From assembly GCA_041492755.1 (NCBI GenBank), contig JBGPXN010000065.1:1-24076 (forward strand): a stretch of 24,076 nucleotides of DNA, written 5' to 3'. This DNA comes from Candidatus Methylomirabilia bacterium (GTDB lineage Bacteria > Methylomirabilota > Methylomirabilia > Rokubacteriales > CSP1-6). Below, piece by piece: positions 10,962-17,963 of the stretch. The first letter of the stretch is position 1; the number at the start of each line of letters is the position of its first letter. A program made the position numbers and the translations under genes. The notes beneath the pieces are model-generated. The model was given only the letters and a program-made list of their open reading frames with translations. It was not told where the DNA came from and made no database searches.

Positions 10962-11966
10962 TCATTTCAGGCTCACAAGGTAGGTGGCGAGCGCCTTCGC
11001 CTCCGCCTCGGTCATCGGCACCGCCGGCATCTTCGCGCCCGGCTTCATCACCGTCGGCATGCGGATCCACGCCGTCACGTTCTCCACGGTGTTGGGAAAC
11101 ATTCCGGCGGCCAGCGTCTGGCGGCTGCCGAAGTGCGTGAGGTCGGGTCCGAGGGCTCCCGCGGACACGCCCTTGATGGTGTGGCAGCCCACGCACGCGC
11201 TCTTCGTGAACACGCCCTTGCCCTCGGCCGCGGCCCCGGCCGGCTCGCCCGGCGTCGCCTTCTGAGTGGCGACCCACTTCTCGAAATCGGCCGGGCGGTC
11301 GACGATGACCCGCATCGCCATGTTCGCGTGCGACGTCCCGCAGTACTCGGCGCACTGCCCCGGGTAGTCGCCCGGCGTGTCCGGCGTGAACGTGATGCGG
11401 TTCACCCGCCCGGGAACGACGTCGCGCTTGCCCCCGAGCTGCGGCACCCAAAAGCTGTGGATGACGTCCGGTCCTTCGAGGCGCAGCGAGACGGTGCGGC
11501 CCACGGGCACGTGCAGCTCGTTGGCCGTCACCAGCTCGAGTGACGGATAGCGGAACTCCCACCACCACTGCTTGCCGAGCACCTGGATCTCGAGCGCGCC
11601 CGGCTTGGGCGGCGCCTGCGTGCGGAAGATCACCTGCATCGTCGGGATCGCGATCACCAGCAAGATCAGCGCGGGCAGGATCGTCCAGCTGATCTCCAGC
11701 AGCGAGTGGCCCGCGATCTGCCGGGGCAAGGGCGCGCCCGGACGGTCGCGATAGCGGAAGAGGATCCACGCGAGCAGCCCGATGACGACGGAGCCGATGA
11801 TGACCGTGGCCCAGGTGACGATGCCGTAGAGGTAGAGGGTCGAGCGGGCCAGGTCCGAGCGGCCGGTCAGCGTCGACATCGGCCCGTCCCACGCGCAACC
11901 CCCCGCCAGCATGGCGACGGCCAGTGGCACGGAGACCGGGGGACGGCCGGGGGCGGGACGCGTCAC
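10962..11966 (-). CDS. ctaC: Cytochrome c oxidase subunit II with C-terminal cytochrome c domain (lipoprotein)
   Basis: LEISWT, QWWWEFRY, CuA site DVIHSFW...CAEYCGTSHANM, heme c CVGCH...GPDLT...KMP, and lipobox-like LAGGC. Start placed at GTG 11966 from promoter position; ATG 11996 is an alternative. Confidence 0.93.
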   Translation of the reverse strand: MTRPAPGRPPVSVPLAVAMLAGGCAWDGPMSTLTGRSDLARSTLYLYGIVTWATVIIGSVVIGLLAWILFRYRDRPGAPLPRQIAGHSLLEISWTILPALILLVIAIPTMQVIFRTQAPPKPGALEIQVLGKQWWWEFRYPSLELVTANELHVPVGRTVSLRLEGPDVIHSFWVPQLGGKRDVVPGRVNRITFTPDTPGDYPGQCAEYCGTSHANMAMRVIVDRPADFEKWVATQKATPGEPAGAAAEGKGVFTKSACVGCHTIKGVSAGALGPDLTHFGSRQTLAAGMFPNTVENVTAWIRMPTVMKPGAKMPAVPMTEAEAKALATYLVSLK

Positions 11967-11973
11967 GCAGGAG

Positions 11974-12002
11974 ACAATAGCGGCCGCCTTTTCCATCCGC
12001 AA
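11974..12002 (-). promoter_or_regulatory. sigma70-type promoter of the oxidase operon (TTGCGG-N17-TATTGT)
   Basis: -35 at 12002-11997, 17-nt spacer, -10 at 11979-11974, then 7 nt to an in-frame GTG. Confidence 0.55.
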
Positions 12003-12048
12003 GCTTCTCCTGCGTGGGTCCGACCCCCTCACGCGCTCGGCGCTGCCG

Positions 12049-12082
12049 GCTGCCGCGTTCGGCACTGGAGCTGCCGCGTTCG
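12049..12082. repeat. 13-bp direct repeat GCTGCCGCGTTCG x2 with 21-bp period
   Basis: Identical copies at 12049-12061 and 12070-12082, upstream of the oxidase promoter. Confidence 0.75.
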
Positions 12083-12091
12083 CCGCCCGGC

Positions 12092-13333
12092 TCACGCGCT
12101 GGCCAGGGCCAGCAGCGTGCCGAGCAGGACGTTTGCCCCCCGCTCGATGGCCGCGTCGTCGCTCGTTTCGTCGATCCGGTGACTTCGTCCACCGCGCGAG
12201 GGGATGAAGAGCATCCCCGAGTCGGTGATGGCCGTGAGGTTTTGCGCGTCGTGGCCGGCGGCCGAGTACATCCGCTGCGTCCCCAGCCCCAGGTCCGCGC
12301 AGACGCTCGCGATGGCCTCCTGCACGCGCGGCGCGCAGGGCGCCGGCCGCGTCGCCGACATCGGCTGGACGTCGACCGTGATCTCGCGGCTCCGGGCCAC
12401 GTCATTGGCCAGCGCCGCGGTCTGCCCGGCCAGCGTCTCCAGCACCGCGGGATCCGGGTCGCGCATCTCGTGAACGAGCTCCGCGCGCCCGGGGACGATG
12501 TTGCTCGCGCCCGGATGCACGTGCACGACGCCGAAGTTGGTGACGCTGCGCCCGCTGCCCTGCTTGACCACCAGCTCGCGCGCCTTGAGCGCGAAGTCGG
12601 CGGCGGCGAGGAAGGCGTCACGGCGACGCTCCATCGGCGTGGTGCCGGCGTGGTCGGCCTGGCCGTGGAAGATCAGGCGAGAGCGGCGCACGCCGACGAT
12701 CGCCTCCACGATGCCGATGGGGATTCCCGCTTCCTCCAACCGTGGCCCTTGCTCGATGTGCAGCTCGAGGTACGCCGCGACGGCGCCGTCCGGCGCCCGG
12801 GCCTCGGGCGCGCGCATGGCGTCGAATCCGGCACGCGCCATCGCGTCCACCAGGCGCTCGCCGTCCACCGCCGCCATGTCGGGGAGACCTGCCACGTCGA
12901 GGCTGCCGCAGAACGCGCGGGAGCCGAAGAGGCTGCCGTAGCGGCCTTCCTCGTCGCTCCACGCCGCCACCACGAGCGGTCGGTGGTGAGCCGCGCCGGC
13001 TTCGCGCACGCGCTCGAGGCACTCGAGGCCGGCGATGACGCCGAGCGCACCGTCGAGGGTCCCGCCTTCGGGAACCGTGTCGATGTGCGAGCCGGTGAGG
13101 ACGACGGGATTGGCGGCCGCGAAGCTGCGCACGCCGAGGCCGCCGAAGATGTTGCCGGCGGGATCGACCCATCCCTGAAGGCCGGCGCTCTTGATCTCGC
13201 CGAGGAGCCAGGCGCGTGCCTCCTCGTGGGCGGGGCTCCACGCCGACCGCGTGACGCCGCCACCGGGCAGTGCGCCGAAACGGCTTAACGCGCGGAGGCG
13301 CGACGTGAGCCGAGCCATCGAAATGGTCAGCAC
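12092..13333 (-). CDS. M20-family Zn amidohydrolase (N-carbamoyl-L-amino-acid / allantoate amidohydrolase-like)
   Basis: GSHIDTVPEGGTLDGALG, DEEG, YLELHIEQG, HAGTTPM and AGHDAQ motifs. Confidence 0.92.
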   Translation of the reverse strand: MLTISMARLTSRLRALSRFGALPGGGVTRSAWSPAHEEARAWLLGEIKSAGLQGWVDPAGNIFGGLGVRSFAAANPVVLTGSHIDTVPEGGTLDGALGVIAGLECLERVREAGAAHHRPLVVAAWSDEEGRYGSLFGSRAFCGSLDVAGLPDMAAVDGERLVDAMARAGFDAMRAPEARAPDGAVAAYLELHIEQGPRLEEAGIPIGIVEAIVGVRRSRLIFHGQADHAGTTPMERRRDAFLAAADFALKARELVVKQGSGRSVTNFGVVHVHPGASNIVPGRAELVHEMRDPDPAVLETLAGQTAALANDVARSREITVDVQPMSATRPAPCAPRVQEAIASVCADLGLGTQRMYSAAGHDAQNLTAITDSGMLFIPSRGGRSHRIDETSDDAAIERGANVLLGTLLALASA

Positions 13334-13339
13334 CCGGGG

Positions 13340-13345
13340 AGTATA
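13340..13345 (-). promoter_or_regulatory. -10 element TATACT 6 nt upstream of the amidohydrolase GTG; likely leaderless
   Basis: Minus strand reads TATACT-ccccgg-GTG. Confidence 0.6.
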
Positions 13346-13349
13346 AGCC

Positions 13350-13379
13350 TTGACTTCCCCAGAGCCGCCTTCCTACAAT
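13350..13379 (+). promoter_or_regulatory. sigma70-type promoter TTGACT-N18-TACAAT for the acyl-CoA dehydrogenase pair
   Basis: Near-consensus -35 (13350-13355) and -10 (13374-13379) in an otherwise very GC-rich sequence; divergent from the amidohydrolase promoter. Confidence 0.7.
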
Positions 13380-13405
13380 GAACCGCGGTTCAGTCTCGTT
13401 GAACC
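13379..13405. promoter_or_regulatory. Palindromic operator candidate TGAACCGCGGTTCA plus a third TGAACC half-site
   Basis: Perfect 14-bp palindrome at 13379-13392 covering the predicted transcription start; further TGAACC at 13400-13405. Confidence 0.6.
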
Positions 13406-13425
13406 CCACCCGTCAGGAGGGGCCA

Positions 13426-14622
13426 TTGGACTTCTCTCTCACGCCAGAACAGAAAGCATTTCGCGAGCACGTCCGCGCTTGGCTCGAGGCCAACATGCCG
13501 CGCGAGTGGACCCGCCGCGTGATGGCGAGCTCCGACGTCCCCCGTCCCGAGGCGTACGACTTCCTTCGCGGCTGGCAACGCACGCTGTCGGAGGCCGGGT
13601 TCATCGGTCTGACCTGGCCGAAGGAGTGCGGTGGCGGCGGTCTCACCTTCATGGAGGAGCTCATTCTCCACGAGGAGATGGCGCTCGCAAAGGCGCCGCC
13701 GATCCTCAACGTGCTGGGCGTCGGCATGGCCGGCCCCACGATCATCGCGTACGGCACGGAGGAGCAGAAGCAGCGCTATCCGGCGAAGATCCTGTCGTGC
13801 GAGGAAATCTGGTGCCAGGGCTATTCTGAGCCCAACGCCGGCTCCGATCTCGCGGCGCTGCAGACGCGCGCGGTCAAGGACGGCGAGCACTGGGTCATCA
13901 ACGGCCAGAAGGTCTGGACGTCGCTCGCCCACATCGCCGACTTCATGATGCTGCTCGCGCGGACCGATCCCCAAGCGCCCAAGCACAAGGGCATCACCTA
14001 CTTCCTGCTCGACATGAAAACCCCGGGCGTCACCGTGAAGCCGCTGCGCCAGATCACCGGCGATCCGGAATTCAACGAGGTCTTCTTCGACAACGTGCGC
14101 GTGCACGAGTCGCAGGTGCTCGGCGGCGTCAACAATGGCTGGACGGTGGGCATGACCACGCTCATGTTCGAGCGCCTCGCCCTCGGGTTCGGACTGCAAG
14201 TGCGGCTGCGCATCGCGATGGACGGCCTCGTCGAGATGGCGCGTCGCATGGAGAAGCACGGTCGCGCCGTCACCAAGGACCCGGTGACGCGCCAGAAGCT
14301 CGCCCAGCTCTGGATCGATACCGAGTGCTTGAAGTACACGGGCGCCCGCGCCATCACCAAGCTCTTGCGCGGTGAGCTGCCGGGGCCGGAAGCGTCGACC
14401 GGCAAGATCACGTGGGTCGACACTCATCAGCGCATGCAGGAGCTCGCCATGGAGCTCCAGGGACCATACTCTCAGCTCACGCGCGGCACCGACTGGGCGG
14501 TGGAGGGCGCGCTCTGGCAGTACACGTTCTTGAGGTCGCGCGCCAACTCCATCGAGGGCGGCACCACCGAGGTGCAGAAGAACATCATCGGCGAGCGCGT
14601 GCTCGGACTCCCCAAGGGTTAG
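13426..14622 (+). CDS. Acyl-CoA dehydrogenase (catalytic-type subunit)
   Basis: SD AGGAGG then TTG at 13426 (MDFSLTPEQ). WCQGYSEPNAGSDLA, NGQKVWTS, FNEVFFDNV, TLMFER and SIEGGTTEVQKNIIGERVLGLP motifs. Confidence 0.94.
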   Translation: MDFSLTPEQKAFREHVRAWLEANMPREWTRRVMASSDVPRPEAYDFLRGWQRTLSEAGFIGLTWPKECGGGGLTFMEELILHEEMALAKAPPILNVLGVGMAGPTIIAYGTEEQKQRYPAKILSCEEIWCQGYSEPNAGSDLAALQTRAVKDGEHWVINGQKVWTSLAHIADFMMLLARTDPQAPKHKGITYFLLDMKTPGVTVKPLRQITGDPEFNEVFFDNVRVHESQVLGGVNNGWTVGMTTLMFERLALGFGLQVRLRIAMDGLVEMARRMEKHGRAVTKDPVTRQKLAQLWIDTECLKYTGARAITKLLRGELPGPEASTGKITWVDTHQRMQELAMELQGPYSQLTRGTDWAVEGALWQYTFLRSRANSIEGGTTEVQKNIIGERVLGLPKG

Positions 14623-14644
14623 ACCGGGCCGCGGAGAGAGACCC

Positions 14645-15781
14645 ATGGACTTCGGCTTCAGCCCGGAACAGGAAATGCTCCGCGCCACCGCGCGGAAGTT
14701 CTTCGAGAACGAGTGCCCCTCCACTTTCGTCCGCACGATGATGGAAACGCCGGCCGGCACCACCGACGAGTTCTGGACCAAGCTCGCCGAACAGGGCTGG
14801 CTCGGGCTCGTGTACCCGGAAGAGTTCGGCGGCACCGGCCTCGGCTTCGTCGATCTCACCGTGCTCATGGAGGAGATGGGGCGCGTGGTCATGCCGAGCC
14901 CGTTCTTCGCCACGCTGCTCGGTGGCCTCGCCCTCCAGGAAGCCGGCTCGGCCGCCCAGAAGAAGGAGTGGCTGGGCCGGATCGCCGCCGGTGAGGCGAA
15001 GACCACGCTGGCGTGGACGGAGCCGAGCGCGCGCTGGGACGCCGCCGGCATCGCGACGAGCGCGAAGAAGGCCGGCGGTGGCTACGTGCTCTCGGGCACC
15101 AAGCTCTTCGTCCTCGACGCCCACCTCGCCGACGTGCTGGTGATCGTCGCGCGTACCCAGGAGAGCGCGCGCCCCGAGGATGGCGTCGGCCTGTTCCTCG
15201 TTCCCAAGGGCGCCCGCGGCCTCAAGACGACCCTGCTCCCGACGATGGATCAAACCCGCAAGCTCTGCGAAGTGGTGCTGGACAACGTGTCGGTGCCCGC
15301 GAGCGACGTTCTCGGCAATCCCACCGGCGGCTGGGCGCCCCTCGCCCGCGTGCTGGAGCGCGCGACGGTCGCGCTCTGCGCGGAGATGTGCGGCGGCGCG
15401 CAGAAGGTCCTCGAGATGACCACGGAGTACGCGAAGATCCGCGTCGCCTTCGGCAAGCCCATCGGCTCCTACCAGGGTGTGAAGCACAAGGCGGCCGACA
15501 TGCTGGTGGACGTCGAGAACGCCAAGTCGCTCACGTACTACGCGGCGTGGGCGGTCGACGAGAACGTGCCCGAGGCGGCGCTGGCCGCGTCGATGGCCAA
15601 GGCGTACGTCTCCGACGCCTACCGCAAGGTGTCGGGCACCGGCATCCAGCTCCACGGTGGCATCGGGTTCACGTGGGAGCACGACCTGCACCTCTACTTC
15701 AAGCGCGCCAAGGCCTGCGAGTTCACCTTCGGCGATGCGACGTATCACCGGGAGCGGGTCGCCCAGCTGATCAACCTCTGA
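14645..15781 (+). CDS. Acyl-CoA dehydrogenase (partner subunit of a probable heteromeric ACAD)
   Basis: MDFGFSPEQ start, LSGTKLFV, RVAFGKPIGSYQGVKH and IQLHGGIGFTWEHDLHLY motifs; lacks the SEPxxGSD and GGTxE motifs of the first gene. Confidence 0.92.
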   Translation: MDFGFSPEQEMLRATARKFFENECPSTFVRTMMETPAGTTDEFWTKLAEQGWLGLVYPEEFGGTGLGFVDLTVLMEEMGRVVMPSPFFATLLGGLALQEAGSAAQKKEWLGRIAAGEAKTTLAWTEPSARWDAAGIATSAKKAGGGYVLSGTKLFVLDAHLADVLVIVARTQESARPEDGVGLFLVPKGARGLKTTLLPTMDQTRKLCEVVLDNVSVPASDVLGNPTGGWAPLARVLERATVALCAEMCGGAQKVLEMTTEYAKIRVAFGKPIGSYQGVKHKAADMLVDVENAKSLTYYAAWAVDENVPEAALAASMAKAYVSDAYRKVSGTGIQLHGGIGFTWEHDLHLYFKRAKACEFTFGDATYHRERVAQLINL

Positions 15782-15848
15782 GATCGAGCGGCTGCCCGTC
15801 CAGGTCTTCGGCCCGCTCGATTGTGATGAGCACGCATGGTCGCTCCTC
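15771..15848 (-). pseudogene. Possible remnant of an internally deleted gene (SD + ATG joined out of frame to a C-terminal tail)
   Basis: Minus strand GAGGAG-cgacc-ATG (15837) is followed one base out of frame by VLITIERAEDLDGQPLDLRG*, whose stop at 15771-15773 overlaps the convergent ACAD 3' end. Confidence 0.3.
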
Positions 15849-16005
15849 GCAGTCGTGCTCGGAAGTTCACCGTCGAGATGTCCCGTGGGCCCGGGGGAAT
15901 AGTAACTCCAACGACGCCTTGACCACCGGGGACGTCTCGCCTGGGTTGCGGACATGGCCGCGGCGCGGGGATACGACCCGGTCCCGCGGACGAGGAGGCT
16001 CAATA

Positions 16006-16917
16006 GTGTTGCCCACTCACGGCCGGTACGCGTACTCCAGCATCGTCTCGCGTCCTGACTACACGTGGCCGGGCGGCCAGCGCCTGGCCGTCTACGTGGC
16101 CGTGAACATCGAAGCGTTCGGCTTCGGCGTCGGCAAGGGCGCTGCCATCGCGCCACCCGACCAGGCGCAGAGCCACAGCGTCTTCAGCTGGCGCGACTAC
16201 GGCAACCGCGTCGGCATCTGGCGTCTCTTCGAGCTGTTCGACGAGCTCGGCATTCCCGCCGAGGCCCAGATGAACACGGCGATCTACGACGTCTGTCCCG
16301 ACATCCCGGCCCGGCTGCGCAAGCGCGGCGACGAGATCCTCGGGCACGGCATCACCAACTCGGAGGAGCAGGGGCACCTGCCCGAGGACCGGGAGCGCGA
16401 GCTGATCGCCGACGTCACGGCGAAGATCACCAGGCAGGAAGGCGCTCCGCCCGTCGGATGGATGAGCCCGTGGCTCTCCAACAGCGCGGTCACGCTCGAT
16501 CTCCTCAAGGAAGCCGGCTACCGCTACGTGATGGACTGGACGATGGACGACCAGCCCGTCTGGGTGAAGACGCGCTCGGGCCCGATCCTCGCGATGCCCT
16601 ATCCGATCGAGGTCAACGACACGCGCGGCATCATCTGGTACCACTACACCTCGGCCGAATTCGCCGACGCGATCGTCGACCAGTTCGACGAGATGCTGGC
16701 CCAATCCGAGCGCCAGCCCCTCGTCTGTCCGATCTCGCTCCACCCCTTCGTCATGGGACGGCCGTATCGCATCCGGCAGCTCCGCCGCGCCCTCGCCCAC
16801 GTCGCGCGTCACGCCGATCGCGTCTGGGTCACGCGGCCGCGCGACATCTGCGCGCACATTGAAGCGTTGCCAAAAGGCGTCGTCCCCGGGAGCGCGGACC
16901 TCGGCCGCCTCGGCTAG
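16006..16917 (+). CDS. CE4 / polysaccharide deacetylase-family protein, PuuE (allantoinase)-like subfamily
   Basis: SD GAGGAGG then GTG at 16006. WPGGQRLAVYVAVNIE, SWRDYGNRVGIWRL, EILGHG, GWMSP, DDQP, PYPIEVND, DQFDEM and ISLHPFVMGRPYR motifs. Confidence 0.88.
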   Translation: MLPTHGRYAYSSIVSRPDYTWPGGQRLAVYVAVNIEAFGFGVGKGAAIAPPDQAQSHSVFSWRDYGNRVGIWRLFELFDELGIPAEAQMNTAIYDVCPDIPARLRKRGDEILGHGITNSEEQGHLPEDRERELIADVTAKITRQEGAPPVGWMSPWLSNSAVTLDLLKEAGYRYVMDWTMDDQPVWVKTRSGPILAMPYPIEVNDTRGIIWYHYTSAEFADAIVDQFDEMLAQSERQPLVCPISLHPFVMGRPYRIRQLRRALAHVARHADRVWVTRPRDICAHIEALPKGVVPGSADLGRLG

Positions 16918-17031
16918 GGTTTCCGGCTCGAATGCCGGACCGGACGTGATCCGTGACGGGGTACGCGCAATCCGGGCGCTGCTGGAAGGCGCCGCGCGTT
17001 TGAAAGCCTGGTCGGGGCGAAAGGGACGCTG

Positions 17032-17934
17032 ATGGCGACCAAGGACATCCTCTGCTGCTTCGCGGTGCACTGCGACTGCGTGGCCGGCTGGCTCGGATCG
17101 TACGGCGGCGAGGATTCGCCGGCGGACATCTCGCGCGGCATGTTCGCGGGCGAGGTGGGGATTCCGCGGTTGCTGACGCTGTTCGAGCGACGCAACATCA
17201 CGACCAGCTTCTTCATCCCCGGCCACACGATCGAGACCTTTCCGGAGCAGTGCGCGATGGTGGTCGCCGCGGGCCACGAGATCGGGTTGCACGGCTACAC
17301 CCACGAGAACCCGATCTCCATGACGCGGGAGCAGGAAGACGCCGTGCTCGCGCGGTGCATCGAGCTGATCGTCACGCTGTCGGGGCGGCGCCCGCGGGGG
17401 AGCATCGCGCCCTGGTGGGAGTTCAGCGCGGCCAGCGCCGAGCTGCTGCTCCGGCACGGGATCGTGTACGACCACAGCCTCTTTCACCACGACCACCAGC
17501 CCTACTACCTGCGCGTGGGCGACACCTGGACGAAGATCGATTACACGAAGCATCCGAGCGCGTGGATGAAGCCTCTCGTGCGGGGGACGCCGACCTCGCT
17601 GATCGAGATCCCCGCGAGCTGGTATCTCGACGACCTGCCCCCGATGATGTTCATCAAGACGGCGCCCAACAGCCACGGCTTCGTCAGCCCCCGGCACCTC
17701 GAGGAGCTGTGGCGCGATCAGTTCGACTGGGTCTATCGCGAATACGACTACGCGGTATTCCCGATCGCCATCCATCCGGACGTCTCGGGCCGGCCCCAGG
17801 TCTTGCTGATGCTCGAGCGCCTGATCGACCACATGAGCCGGCATCCCGGGGTACGCTTCGTCACCATGGCCGAGATGGCGGACGACTTCGCCCGCCGCTC
17901 GCCGCCCGCTGTCCCACGCCCGGACGCGCGCTGA
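17032..17934 (+). CDS. CE4 / polysaccharide deacetylase-family protein, H. pylori PgdA (HP0310)-like subfamily
   Basis: [81 protein letters not shown] and [17 protein letters not shown] motifs. Confidence 0.93.
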   Translation: MATKDILCCFAVHCDCVAGWLGSYGGEDSPADISRGMFAGEVGIPRLLTLFERRNITTSFFIPGHTIETFPEQCAMVVAAGHEIGLHGYTHENPISMTREQEDAVLARCIELIVTLSGRRPRGSIAPWWEFSAASAELLLRHGIVYDHSLFHHDHQPYYLRVGDTWTKIDYTKHPSAWMKPLVRGTPTSLIEIPASWYLDDLPPMMFIKTAPNSHGFVSPRHLEELWRDQFDWVYREYDYAVFPIAIHPDVSGRPQVLLMLERLIDHMSRHPGVRFVTMAEMADDFARRSPPAVPRPDAR

Positions 17935-17948
17935 ACACCGCGCCCGGC

Positions 17949-17954
17949 TATACT
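17949..17954 (+). promoter_or_regulatory. -10 element TATACT 9 nt upstream of the TPR gene ATG; leaderless or near-leaderless
   Basis: gcTATACTcgccccgccATG, with no SD. Confidence 0.5.
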
Positions 17955-17963
17955 CGCCCCGCC

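Noticed and set aside
15013..16005. N-terminal extension making the PuuE-like protein 634 aa
   Set aside because: It overlaps the ACAD out of frame and is low-complexity; a strong SD supports the start at 16006. The same reasoning applies to the extensions of the ORFs at 17250, 20682, 6079, 9380 and 23611.
16911..17015. Resemblance to the guanidine-I (ykkC) riboswitch: CTAGGGTTTCCG ... AAAGCCTGG
   Set aside because: The 5' motif overlaps the upstream stop codon and has an extra T. The conserved CUGGUCCGAG and ACGG-GGGA-AAAAGCCCGGGAG segments are not properly present, and the region reads better as a coding remnant. An Infernal search with the ykkC model would settle it.
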